Origin: Candidatus Thalassarchaeaceae archaeon | Lineage (GTDB): Archaea > Thermoplasmatota > Poseidoniia > MGIII > CG-Epi1 | Length of the DNA stretch: 64,000 nucleotides | Assembly (NCBI GenBank): GCA_963577905.1 | Contig: CAUYZR010000001.1 | Coordinates: 66 to 64,065, forward strand | Direction of reading: 5' to 3' | In this document: positions 37,226 to 47,173 of the stretch, piece by piece | Position numbering within the stretch: the stretch's first letter is position 1 | Layout: the number at the start of each line of letters is the position of its first letter | Position numbers and translations under genes: made by a program | Notes under the pieces: generated by a model | The model's input: the letters and a program-made list of their open reading frames with translations, nothing else | The model's database searches: none | Told to the model about the DNA's origin: nothing

Positions 37226-39940
37226 GTGAGTGATGGTCTTTCTCTTCGCTTCTTTCAAGACTCAGGTTTTACCCGGCAGAAGTGTGCAAAGTGCGATGGC
37301 TTCTTCTGGTCGACCGTTGAGCGCGAGCTTTGTGGGGATGCACCTTGTGTTGAATATTCTTTCATTGGTAAACCCTTGTTCTCCAAACCAATGAATCTTG
37401 ATGAGGCTCGGGAAGCGTTTCTCAGTTTCTTTGAGAAGCACAATCATACTAGAGTCCCTCGAGCTTCGGTGGTCGCTCGCTGGCGAAATGACATATATCT
37501 TTCGATTGCATCCATAGCAGTTTTCCAGCCTCATGTCACAAGCGGTTATTCCAAGCCACCTGCGAATCCATTGACGATCTCCCAGCCCTGCATTCGTTTG
37601 AACGATCTGGAATCGGTTGGACGTAGTGGCCGCCATTTGACTACTTTTGAAATGATGGCTCATCACGCCTTCAACACTGAGGAGCAGAACATCTATTGGC
37701 AGGACCGTACGGTTGAATTATGCCATGAATTTTACACAGGATTGGGATTGCCTGGTTCAGAGATAACATACAAGGAAAATCCGTGGGTCGGAGGAGGTAA
37801 TGGTGGTGAGGCTTTGGAGGTCCTGGCTGGAGGACTGGAACTAGCCACTTTGGTATTCATGGATCTTGAGGAGGACCCTGATGGAGATATAGAACTCAAG
37901 GGCATAAAATTCAAAAGAATGCCAAGATCGATAGTTGACACCGGGTATGGCCTCGAAAGGTTGGTCTGGGCGTCACAAGGAACTCCTACCATCTATGAAG
38001 CGGTTTTTCCAGACGCAGTTTCGCATCTCACTAAGCTTACAAATCTGAAGGATTCTCTGGAAAACTCCAGTTCAATCATATCCGAGAATGCCAAAATATG
38101 TGGAGTATTGTCAATAGACTATGGTTCGGATCTGACTGAACTAAGACAGAAGGTACTTGATCGACTTAATGCCGCAGGACATTCCATGACACTTCCGGAG
38201 TTTACCTCTGCCATTGAACCCTTGGAGAAATTGTTTGCAGTGGTAGACCATTCACGAGCCCTTGCCTTCATGTTTGGAGATGGAATCGTACCGAGTAATG
38301 TCAAGGCAGGTTATCTTGCTCGTATGGTCCTTAGAAGGGCAGCATTGTTATTGAGGGATCTCGATGCACAGGATGCTTTGTCTGAAATGGTATCCCACCA
38401 TATCGATACTTTTTCTGCGACCTACCCTGAAATTGGAGCTAACAAAGCCCACATATTGGATATGGTAGCGCTTGAACAGGAACGTTTCACTCAGACCCTT
38501 GAGCGAGGCCGTCGTACCGTACAGCGAGCTATTGGTTCAGGGGGTATAGATCAGGACAAACTCCTGGAATTGTATGATTCCCAAGGGTTACCACCTTCTG
38601 TGGTCAGCGATTTTGCGAGTGAGTTAGGTCATTCAATCGAAGTCCCCGATGGGTTTCTTGCTATGGTTGCTGAACGACATCAGGGTGAAACAAAGACTGA
38701 AAAGAAAAAACCAGTTTTCATCGATGCAGAACCAACTAATCTGGATTTTTACAAGGACATGGAGAAGAGATCTTTTTCATCAGAGGTTGTCTTCTCTGAT
38801 ATCGGCCAGATATCTCTGAAGAACACTTTGTTCTATCCAGAAGGAGGAGGCCAATTGAGTGATACGGGTGTAATTGCCTGGAGTGGCAAAGAGAGTCAGG
38901 TGGTCGAGGTCCATAAGGTAGGTGATGTAGTTGTTCACCGTCTGGAAGGGGAAACTCCTCCGGTCGGAACCCAAATCTCGGGCACAGTCGATGATGAACG
39001 CCGTTCGGGACTGAGTCGGCATCATACAGCCACGCATTTGGTCGGCGCCGCAGCTCGTAAAATTCTGGGACCCCACGTCTGGCAAGCAGGAGCCTCCAAA
39101 TACGTGGATCGAGCTAGATTGGACATCACCCATCATCGAAGGCTCACACGGGACGTGATTGACAATCTGGAGTCTATGGTTAATCAGTTGATTGTTGAGG
39201 ATCATCCCGTGACGACGGGATTCCATAGCAGGGAAGATGCAGATAGAGAGTATGGCAATACCCTGTATCAAGGAGGCGCACCCAATTATCGAGAGGTACG
39301 TGTGGTTGAGATCCCGGGTGTTGATGTGCAGGCATGCGCAGGAACTCATGTCGTCTCAACCTCTAAATTAGAGGCCGTCAAGGTTTTGAGGACAGAGCGG
39401 ATACAGGATGGTGTGGAACGCATAGAATTCTCGGCAGGACCTGACGCAATCAAGGCAGCCCAGAGGGAAAGAGCATTACTGGAAGAGACGGCCGGGGAAT
39501 TGGGTGTACCTGTAGACCAAGCTCCATCCGCTGCCCAAAAATTCGTCAAAGAGTGGAAAGAACTCCGCAATCGGGTTTCTTCGCTGGAAAAAGAGCTGGC
39601 CTCTCTAAAATCATCAGATTTGGAAGGTGAAAAGATTGGAAATCTCACTTTCTATGCACAAAATCAGGGAGAGACTGATTTTGCTGAGGTTCAGAAGTTA
39701 GTAAGAGAGCTTACTTCAGGAAAAGATACAGTGGTTACAATGGGGTGCTCCAAAGGCGATAGTGGTACGGTGATTCTGGCAAAATCCGATTCCGTAAATC
39801 TGGATTGTGATGAGATTCTCAAGAAGGCATTGTCCACAGTTGGTGGTAGTGGAGGTGGCAAGGAATCCTATGCACAGGGTGCTTGTCCAGAGAACAAACT
39901 CTCCGCAGCCTTGTCTGAGATAAGAGATTTGGTTTCCTAA
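37226..39940 (+). CDS. alaS: Alanine--tRNA ligase (archaeal type)
   Basis: VVARWRND, QPCIR, FEMMAHHAF, DTGYGLER, HHTATH and QACAGTH editing motifs, GGSGGG. Confidence 0.97.
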   Translation: MSDGLSLRFFQDSGFTRQKCAKCDGFFWSTVERELCGDAPCVEYSFIGKPLFSKPMNLDEAREAFLSFFEKHNHTRVPRASVVARWRNDIYLSIASIAVFQPHVTSGYSKPPANPLTISQPCIRLNDLESVGRSGRHLTTFEMMAHHAFNTEEQNIYWQDRTVELCHEFYTGLGLPGSEITYKENPWVGGGNGGEALEVLAGGLELATLVFMDLEEDPDGDIELKGIKFKRMPRSIVDTGYGLERLVWASQGTPTIYEAVFPDAVSHLTKLTNLKDSLENSSSIISENAKICGVLSIDYGSDLTELRQKVLDRLNAAGHSMTLPEFTSAIEPLEKLFAVVDHSRALAFMFGDGIVPSNVKAGYLARMVLRRAALLLRDLDAQDALSEMVSHHIDTFSATYPEIGANKAHILDMVALEQERFTQTLERGRRTVQRAIGSGGIDQDKLLELYDSQGLPPSVVSDFASELGHSIEVPDGFLAMVAERHQGETKTEKKKPVFIDAEPTNLDFYKDMEKRSFSSEVVFSDIGQISLKNTLFYPEGGGQLSDTGVIAWSGKESQVVEVHKVGDVVVHRLEGETPPVGTQISGTVDDERRSGLSRHHTATHLVGAAARKILGPHVWQAGASKYVDRARLDITHHRRLTRDVIDNLESMVNQLIVEDHPVTTGFHSREDADREYGNTLYQGGAPNYREVRVVEIPGVDVQACAGTHVVSTSKLEAVKVLRTERIQDGVERIEFSAGPDAIKAAQRERALLEETAGELGVPVDQAPSAAQKFVKEWKELRNRVSSLEKELASLKSSDLEGEKIGNLTFYAQNQGETDFAEVQKLVRELTSGKDTVVTMGCSKGDSGTVILAKSDSVNLDCDEILKKALSTVGGSGGGKESYAQGACPENKLSAALSEIRDLVS

Positions 39941-40324
39941 TTATCTAGTCTCAACCATTATGCAGGAATTTACCAGATACTTTATTCCATTCGTACCTTC
40001 CAACCATGTTTCCAGTTCATCACTTTCGGAACCAGGTTGGAACCATAGATGTTCGATTCCTAGTTCCACAGCTTCTTGTGCTACTTTCATTGCAATCGGT
40101 GGAGGAACAACAAAGTTGACTATGTCTGGTAGTTCTTCCATCATTCCTATTGAAGCGTAGGCCCGGTCCCCTTCAATCAGCTTATCTTTAGGATTTATAG
40201 GTACTATATCATATCCCTTAGAACGTAGTTCAAGATAGATCCGGTTCCCGAATTTATGAGGTTCATTGGAAGCACCGACTAGTGCAATCCGGACATTTTT
40301 CTGTTTCAACTTTTGTAGAACCAT
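39941..40324 (-). CDS. CoA-binding protein (YccU-like)
   Basis: IALVGAS, PINP, PDIV, LWFQPG, CIMVE. Confidence 0.88.
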   Translation of the reverse strand: MVLQKLKQKNVRIALVGASNEPHKFGNRIYLELRSKGYDIVPINPKDKLIEGDRAYASIGMMEELPDIVNFVVPPPIAMKVAQEAVELGIEHLWFQPGSESDELETWLEGTNGIKYLVNSCIMVETR

Positions 40325-40485
40325 CTTAGTGTCTTATAATCATTCTATTTTTAATGTTTGAGATGGGGTGCGGAAACGCTCATTAGCCGTAGCATTTTTT
40401 GTAGCCTGAATCCGGGGGACATAGTCCCCCGTTATTTTTGGGCTTTAGAAAAAGATATTTAATCCACCTTTCCGGCAGTCCTTCA

Positions 40486-42741
40486 ATGGATTTAGTGATT
40501 GTTGAATCTGGTGCCAAAGCCAAGACAATCCAAAAATATTTGGGTAAAAATGTACTGGTAAGGGCCTCTGTTGGTCATGTTCAGGACTTACCTACAAAGG
40601 GAAAAGATGGCAGTAAAGCATTGTGGAGTCATACTGATACTAGTCTACCAGATCCTCCTTGGGGTTGGACTGAAAGAGCGGAGAAGACAGTAAAACGTAT
40701 TATTTCAGACAGCCGCCGTAAGAAGGTAGATAGAGTTCTTATCGCTACAGATCCAGATAGAGAAGGAGAATTTATAGCCTGGAGACTTGCTGAGTTACTT
40801 TCGGAATTTGGTGATATTCAAAGAATTACTTTCAATGAAATAACTGAAACAGCGATAAAAGAGGCTTTGCAAGCAGCAGGTACGGTAGACATGAATCTTG
40901 TTGATGCAGCTAAGGTTCGTAGATTTATGGATCGTTTGATTGGTTATCGAACTTCACGCTTTGCTAGGTCTTGGAACTTAAGTTCCATGGGGCGCGTTCA
41001 AACTCCAACGTTAGGTTTTGTAGTTAAGCGTGAAAAAGAAATTCAAAAGTTTATTCCAACTCCTTATTGGGCAGTTCAAGCTATTGCTTCGGGAATAGAT
41101 TTTAGAGTTCGATTTCATGATAAGGATGATTCTTTAGTCTGGAAAGATGAAAAAGGGAAGATTAATGTTCATCGTACAAATGATTCAAATTTGGCCAATA
41201 AAGCCTATGAATATTTGAATCTAGAATCTCAATTAACTGCTAAGACTGTGTCTTTAAATGATTACAAAAGACGTCCTAAACCACCTTTTACCACAGATAC
41301 ATTACTTCAGGCTTCTGGAAGCAAATATAGTTGGCGACCAAGTAATACTATGCGTATCGCTCAAGGACTTTATGAGGCCGGTCACATAACTTATATGCGA
41401 ACGGATTCAACGCGTACTAGTGCATCTTCCCGTGATAAGGCAAAGAACTTTATCACTTCCAAATGGGGTTCCGGATTTGTAGGGAAAGGTTCTGTCAGTG
41501 GAAAGCCAAAATCAGGTGTTCAGGATGCACACGAAGCAATTAGACCAACTAATCCATTGTCTGAATTACCAAATGGTTTAGATGAATCTCAGACACGTTT
41601 ATATCGTTTAATTTGGTCAAGATTCATCGCTAGTCAAATGTGTGATTCCGAGTGGACCAGTATGAAAATACAGGCACAACTTGAAACATTTGATAAATTA
41701 TTGGATGGAGATACTAAGTGGAGAGTAAAACCGGGTTGGGAATCTGCATTTGAAGTAATTGACCGAGCACCTCCTTCTTCACCGCCTTCTCCTGAAATTA
41801 CAGAAGGTAGCAAAATTAAGTTAGACAATAAAGAAGGTAATCCAAAATTAATTGAGGATCAGACAAAACCTCCTGCCCGCTATACACAACATGGTTTGGT
41901 TGCTCTGATGAAATCAGAGAGTATTGGTCGCCCTTCTACATATGCCGCAACTATTAAGAAATTATTAGATCGTAAATATTGTAGCGATACAAAGGGCCGC
42001 CTTAAGCCAACTGTGGAAGGAGTGTTGCTTTGTGATGAAGTAGTTCCGTTTTATGATTCCGAAAAAGAAAAAATAAGTTTATTTTCTTCATCTTTTACTT
42101 CTGAAATGGAATCAGATTTAGACCTGATAGAATCGGGAGTAAAAGATTCAGTCAGGGTCTGGGACGATTTTGTATCTTCATTTAGGGGCTTACATGAAAA
42201 AGCATTGGAAATGAAGAAGGAAAGACCAACACGGAGACAGATTGAATATTATGGGCGCTTGGCATCCTTGATTTCAGATGAGGATCTTAACAAAATTCTG
42301 GATGGCCGGGACCCATTTTCAATGGATGGCGAGAAAATTGGTGAGGTTATAGACGGACTGAAAAAAGCTACTGCGGATGTTGTCTTGCCTGCATCAGCTA
42401 AGCAACTATCATACATTGAAAACTTAGCCAGTACATTGGAACTTAATGAATCAGCGGCTTGCGAGTTGGTTGAATTAGAACGTTTTGATGAGTTGACAGG
42501 TGGCAAGTCGGGAACTGCAAGTTCATTGATAAGCAAGCTACGAGAAAAGACCGATTCCATACCTCGGAAGCCGAGCCCAAAACAGCTAAATTTCATTAAG
42601 AATCTGGTTAAGAAGGCTGAATTGGAAGAGGAAGCAGCCTGTAAATTAGTTGGAGCAGACACCTATTCCGATCTTTTGGGGGGGCGTCAAGGAACTGCTA
42701 GCAAGTTGATAGAAACCTTGCGCAAGCGCTCTGCAAAGTAG
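40486..42741 (+). CDS. topA: Type IA DNA topoisomerase
   Basis: LVIVES, ATDPDREGE, SMGRVQTP, ITYMRTDS, QDAHEAIRPT, IGRPSTY. Start at ATG 40486. Confidence 0.95.
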   Translation: MDLVIVESGAKAKTIQKYLGKNVLVRASVGHVQDLPTKGKDGSKALWSHTDTSLPDPPWGWTERAEKTVKRIISDSRRKKVDRVLIATDPDREGEFIAWRLAELLSEFGDIQRITFNEITETAIKEALQAAGTVDMNLVDAAKVRRFMDRLIGYRTSRFARSWNLSSMGRVQTPTLGFVVKREKEIQKFIPTPYWAVQAIASGIDFRVRFHDKDDSLVWKDEKGKINVHRTNDSNLANKAYEYLNLESQLTAKTVSLNDYKRRPKPPFTTDTLLQASGSKYSWRPSNTMRIAQGLYEAGHITYMRTDSTRTSASSRDKAKNFITSKWGSGFVGKGSVSGKPKSGVQDAHEAIRPTNPLSELPNGLDESQTRLYRLIWSRFIASQMCDSEWTSMKIQAQLETFDKLLDGDTKWRVKPGWESAFEVIDRAPPSSPPSPEITEGSKIKLDNKEGNPKLIEDQTKPPARYTQHGLVALMKSESIGRPSTYAATIKKLLDRKYCSDTKGRLKPTVEGVLLCDEVVPFYDSEKEKISLFSSSFTSEMESDLDLIESGVKDSVRVWDDFVSSFRGLHEKALEMKKERPTRRQIEYYGRLASLISDEDLNKILDGRDPFSMDGEKIGEVIDGLKKATADVVLPASAKQLSYIENLASTLELNESAACELVELERFDELTGGKSGTASSLISKLREKTDSIPRKPSPKQLNFIKNLVKKAELEEEAACKLVGADTYSDLLGGRQGTASKLIETLRKRSAK

Positions 42742-42742
42742 G

Positions 42743-43258
42743 ATGGTTAGGTTTTTTTTTGCTTTGGAATGTCCTGGATTGGAGACTGAAAGCTTACCTA
42801 GAACCTATATTTCGGAGAAAGCTCGAAATTATCATATTACGATTGCTTTCCTAGGCGAGAGACCTAATCCTGAGTTTGAGATCCAAAGAGTTGCTGATGT
42901 CTGTATTGGTAGATTTCCATTGGAATTGGAATACCAGAAGTTGGGAGCTTTCCAGAAACCATCTAATGCACGAGTCTTGTGGATGGGAGTTAAATCTTCA
43001 GGCATTCAGGATTTGGCGTCCAGAGTAAGGCTAGTTTCTAAGTCTGAGGACCGCCCATTCTTGGCTCATGTGACGATTGCCAGATTCAGGAAGCAGACCA
43101 ATTTGGAAGATCTTATTTCAAAACATGTAGATACGCAATTTGGTAAGGGTTCAGTGTCAAATCTTATTCTTTTCAAGTCTGAACTGACAAGGCCGGGAGC
43201 AATTCACACCCCGCTTTATTCAGTAGATGGGAAGGGCAAGGTCGAGCATTTAACATAG
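42743..43258 (+). CDS. thpR: RNA 2',3'-cyclic phosphodiesterase (2H family)
   Basis: Two HxT motifs (YHITIAFLG, AHVTIAR), RVLW, LFKSEL. Confidence 0.88.
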   Translation: MVRFFFALECPGLETESLPRTYISEKARNYHITIAFLGERPNPEFEIQRVADVCIGRFPLELEYQKLGAFQKPSNARVLWMGVKSSGIQDLASRVRLVSKSEDRPFLAHVTIARFRKQTNLEDLISKHVDTQFGKGSVSNLILFKSELTRPGAIHTPLYSVDGKGKVEHLT

Positions 43259-43277
43259 AATCTATTGGACCTCTGAA

Positions 43278-44885
43278 ATGAAAACCTTTGAACACAAAAA
43301 TCTGAAGGGTGATTCTCTCGAGGATCGCGACTACCAGTCCAATATATCGGAAGCTTGTCTGAAGCAATCAACTATGGTCATCCTTCCAACAGGAATGGGA
43401 AAGACCATAATTGCCCTACGAGTGATATTGGAAAGATTGAATGTAGGTCCCGTTTTGTTGATGGCACCTACGAAGCCTTTAGCTCAACAGCATGCTGAAT
43501 TCTTGGAAGAACACATCAGTTCACGAGTAAATTTGTTTACTGGGGCTATTCCTCCCCTTCAACGTGAGCCTCTGTGGAAATCCTCAGGAATTATAGTTTC
43601 AACGCCTCAGGTTGTTTCAAAGGACATTGAAAATGAGAGGGTGTCTCTGAAAAGCTTCTCATTATTGATTTTTGACGAGGCGCATCGGGCGGTGGGGAAT
43701 TACGCCTATGTTTCGATAGGACGTCATTATTTATCCGTTGCAGATAATCATCTGGCAATAGGTATGACTGCTTCACCAGGCAGTTCTAAATCTGAGATAA
43801 TTCGCTTGTGTCGCGATTTAGGTATATCTGCAGTTGAGAAAAGGGACGAGACAGATCCAGATGTGATGCCTTATATTCAGCCAATCAAAACAAGTTGGAT
43901 TCGCGTTGAGATGCCAGTTTCGGTCAAGCATATCGCAAACCAGTTGAGAGGTTTGCAAGATTATCTATGTGGGAAATTGTACAAACAAGGTCTGTTGGAT
44001 AGGCCACGTAAGGTTTCCACTACAATGCTGTTGGAAGCTGGAAGGAAGTTACAAGCACAGTACATTCGGACTAAACCTAGAACTCCACCTCAGATTTTTA
44101 ATTCAATGACAACTCAAGCCATGGCTATGAAAGTAGCTCATGCCGTACTTACAGTCGAGACTCAAGGTATAGTTCAATTCTTGGATTATGCGGTACGAAT
44201 AGAGAAAGAGGCCAAAGAAAAGAAGAGAGGTAACAGGGCAAACAAATGGCTTCATTCAAACTCAGATTGGAAGGCCGCGGTCGAAATAGCCAAGTCAAAC
44301 AAGGCTGACCATCCAAAACTGCAACGTCTAATTGAATTGGTCCAACTACAGCTCCAGTCCGGTTCATCTCGCTTCATAATCTTTGCAGAAATACGGCATA
44401 CTGCAACCTTGATAGTAGAGAACCTGAAAACAATTGAGGAGGCTAGACCAGTTAGATTTGTAGGTCAGAGTTCCCGTGAGAATGACAAAGGAATGACTCA
44501 AAAGCAGCAGAAGGAAATTTTATCCCGTTTCAAGGATGGCGAATTCAATATACTGGTAACGACATCAGTTGGCGAGGAAGGTCTGGACATACCCTCTACA
44601 GATGCTGTCATGTTCTATGAGCCAGTCTCGTCAGCTATAAGATTGATTCAACGACGGGGTCGAACCGGACGCAATAGACCTGGCGAGGCATTCATTTTTG
44701 TAACGTCCGAAAGCAGGGATGAAGCTGCACTCTGGAGCAGCAAAGGCAAAGAGAAGAGAATGCATGACTTATTCTCTGCAGGAAGAATGGAGATTGACTT
44801 GCCAACACACGAAGAATTAGCAGGCACGAACATTATTGAGAAACCAGCGGATGGTTCTGCGCAAACAACTTTTCGAAGTGATTAA
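43278..44885 (+). CDS. Hef/FANCM-like SF2 helicase, without ERCC4 nuclease domain
   Basis: RDYQ, LPTGMGKT, FDEAHRAVGNYAY, GMTASPG, RFVGQ, EEGLDIP, QRRGRTGR. Confidence 0.9.
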   Translation: MKTFEHKNLKGDSLEDRDYQSNISEACLKQSTMVILPTGMGKTIIALRVILERLNVGPVLLMAPTKPLAQQHAEFLEEHISSRVNLFTGAIPPLQREPLWKSSGIIVSTPQVVSKDIENERVSLKSFSLLIFDEAHRAVGNYAYVSIGRHYLSVADNHLAIGMTASPGSSKSEIIRLCRDLGISAVEKRDETDPDVMPYIQPIKTSWIRVEMPVSVKHIANQLRGLQDYLCGKLYKQGLLDRPRKVSTTMLLEAGRKLQAQYIRTKPRTPPQIFNSMTTQAMAMKVAHAVLTVETQGIVQFLDYAVRIEKEAKEKKRGNRANKWLHSNSDWKAAVEIAKSNKADHPKLQRLIELVQLQLQSGSSRFIIFAEIRHTATLIVENLKTIEEARPVRFVGQSSRENDKGMTQKQQKEILSRFKDGEFNILVTTSVGEEGLDIPSTDAVMFYEPVSSAIRLIQRRGRTGRNRPGEAFIFVTSESRDEAALWSSKGKEKRMHDLFSAGRMEIDLPTHEELAGTNIIEKPADGSAQTTFRSD

Positions 44886-44932
44886 CGAACATTAAGAACT
44901 AATATTATACCGACCTGTGCAAATGGTTTGAT

Positions 44933-45601
44933 ATGCGGAGAAAACCAACAGTTCCATTAAAGGAAGAAGTAAAGTATGGGCATGGTTTCTTTAGAGGTGA
45001 AAAATGCCCTCTCAGTGGAGAGGAAGGTGTATTGATAATGTCCCCAAGACATTTGGATCAGTTTGGAAGGATTATGGCAGGAGTTCTGCGTCACTTCCCG
45101 GACAAATTCGATCTTGAGATGGACAAGCAAGGCTGGGTTGAGGCGACTGACTTTGTTGAGGCAGTAAAGCTTCAGAGACGTCATTTTCATTTTCTGGAAA
45201 CTAAACATTTGCAAGCAGTAGTAGAAACAGATCCCAAGGGCCGTTACCAGTTGAATAATGGCAGGCTGAGAGCAACTTATGCCCACACACTTGATCTGGA
45301 TTTAGATCTACCCACAGACCAGAATCCTGAGCACTTATATTTTGCCTGTTCTAAAGATGACTCTGACGAATATCTGGAACACGGATTATATCCTGGTGAT
45401 CGTAATATGGTTCATCTTTCGAGTACAAGATTAAATGCTTTGGAGGCTGGCCGTCATATTATTGGTAAACCCATTGTCTTACTGGCTGACGTCAGGGCTG
45501 TTGAAGGGGCAGGTCATGAGATTATGAAAGCAGGTACGACAGTCTATCTAACCAAGGATATTCCTGGTGAATTTCTCAAGAAACTTCCAGACAGTACGTA
45601 G
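44933..45601 (+). CDS. kptA: RNA 2'-phosphotransferase (Tpt1/KptA)
   Basis: LRHFP, DKQGWV, DPKGRY, RATYAH, VHLS. Confidence 0.88.
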   Translation: MRRKPTVPLKEEVKYGHGFFRGEKCPLSGEEGVLIMSPRHLDQFGRIMAGVLRHFPDKFDLEMDKQGWVEATDFVEAVKLQRRHFHFLETKHLQAVVETDPKGRYQLNNGRLRATYAHTLDLDLDLPTDQNPEHLYFACSKDDSDEYLEHGLYPGDRNMVHLSSTRLNALEAGRHIIGKPIVLLADVRAVEGAGHEIMKAGTTVYLTKDIPGEFLKKLPDST

Positions 45602-45616
45602 GTTATTGCAATTACC

Positions 45617-47173
45617 ATGCAGTCCGAGAAGCAGAATTTGGAAAGGCATTCAGTCGCTCGGGTACTGATTAGCGTTAGTGACAAATCTGCAATTGATGCC
45701 TTTTCAAAGTCACTAGTAAAGAATGGGATTGAGATTGTTTCTACAGGCGGAACTTCTAAGATTCTGTCTGAGAATGGAATTGCAGTAACGCCTGTAGAGG
45801 ATATTACGAAATTTCCAGAAATGATGAATGGCCGTGTAAAGACTCTACATCCACTAATATTTGGGGGCATTCTTGCAAGAGACTCTGATAAGTCTGAAAC
45901 AGAGCAATATGATATAGGAATAATTGATATGGTGGTTTGTAACCTGTATCCATTTGGAGATGTAGCATCCAAGGGTGTTGACATGGATGCACTGATCGAA
46001 GAGATTGATATTGGAGGACCCAGTCTGCTTCGGGCCGCAGCTAAAAATCATGCAAGAGTCGCAGTTGTTACCGATCATTCGGATTACGCCTGGATTTCCA
46101 AGGAAATTGAGGCCGGAGGCCTTAATCTGGAACAACGCCGTCAATTAGCTTTGAAGGCATTTAGGCACACGGCTGAATACGATACAATAATTCAGAATGA
46201 ACTGAGTTCTAGATTTGGTGAGGAAGATTTGCCTTCCTCTTTACATATTGCAGGGGTTGGTAGTCCACCTCTCAGATATGGTGAGAATCCACATCAATCC
46301 GCTATCTTTTATTCTGATACATTAGTTAAGGGCCCTTGCGTCTCAAATTCTGCCCAGATTCAAGGTAAACAGCTCAGCTACAACAATCTTCTGGATTTCG
46401 ACGCTGCCCTAGCAATGGTAGTGGAGTTTGATGAACCCACTGCAGTCATTGTAAAGCACAACAACCCTTGTGGTGCGGCCAGCGCCAGTAATCTGTCCGA
46501 AGCGTATGAGCTAGCTGTCAAAACGGATCCCCAAAGTGCTTTTGGAGGTATAGTGGCCTTCAATCGAGAGGTTGATGAGGATTTATCAAGGAGAGTGATC
46601 TCAGCATTCAAAGAAGGGGTTATCGCCCCTTCCTTTACCAGTACTGCTATTGAGGTTCTATCGGAAAAAGAAAATCTCCGGGTCTTACAGACAATGGAAC
46701 TTTCAGATTATCAGAGTAGCCCCTCCCTTCGTTCTCTTAATGGCGGATGGCTTTTTCAGGAAGCCGATGATGTTTCGATGGATTTATCAGAATGCAAGGT
46801 AGTGACTAAACGTAAACCCACGATTCGTGAGTTAGAAGGATTGCAATTTGGCTGGAAGATAGTGAAACATGTCAAAAGCAATGCTATCGTGTTTACACAG
46901 CATAAAAGAACTATTGGTATTGGGGCAGGTCAGATGTCCAGAATCGACTCAGTTAGAATTGCAGTTTCCAAATCGATTCCTGATGCCCAAAAGACAGTTA
47001 TGGCCTCTGACGCGTTCTTTCCTTTCAGGGACGGAATTGATGAGGCTGCCAATTCTGGTGTAACGGCTATTGTCCAACCCGGCGGTTCAGTTCGTGATCA
47101 AGAGGTCATCGATGCAGCAGATGAATATAATATAGCCATGATTCTCACAGGAATCAGGCATTTCAGGCATTAA
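45617..47173 (+). CDS. purH: Bifunctional AICAR transformylase/IMP cyclohydrolase
   Basis: LISVSDK, GRVKTLHP, IDIGGP, LRYGENPHQ, KHNNPCG, ASDAFFPF, RHFRH. Confidence 0.97.
   Translation: MQSEKQNLERHSVARVLISVSDKSAIDAFSKSLVKNGIEIVSTGGTSKILSENGIAVTPVEDITKFPEMMNGRVKTLHPLIFGGILARDSDKSETEQYDIGIIDMVVCNLYPFGDVASKGVDMDALIEEIDIGGPSLLRAAAKNHARVAVVTDHSDYAWISKEIEAGGLNLEQRRQLALKAFRHTAEYDTIIQNELSSRFGEEDLPSSLHIAGVGSPPLRYGENPHQSAIFYSDTLVKGPCVSNSAQIQGKQLSYNNLLDFDAALAMVVEFDEPTAVIVKHNNPCGAASASNLSEAYELAVKTDPQSAFGGIVAFNREVDEDLSRRVISAFKEGVIAPSFTSTAIEVLSEKENLRVLQTMELSDYQSSPSLRSLNGGWLFQEADDVSMDLSECKVVTKRKPTIRELEGLQFGWKIVKHVKSNAIVFTQHKRTIGIGAGQMSRIDSVRIAVSKSIPDAQKTVMASDAFFPFRDGIDEAANSGVTAIVQPGGSVRDQEVIDAADEYNIAMILTGIRHFRH

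Noticed and set aside
40360..40431. TPP or fluoride riboswitch, or hammerhead/HDV ribozyme
   Set aside because: GGGGTGC and CCTGA recall TPP aptamers, but the invariant UGAGA is missing; the required pairings for the other classes were not found; flanking genes are unrelated.
43278..44885. Hef helicase as a truncated pseudogene
   Set aside because: All helicase motifs are intact, no nuclease remnant follows, and helicase-only forms are known in Thermoplasmata.
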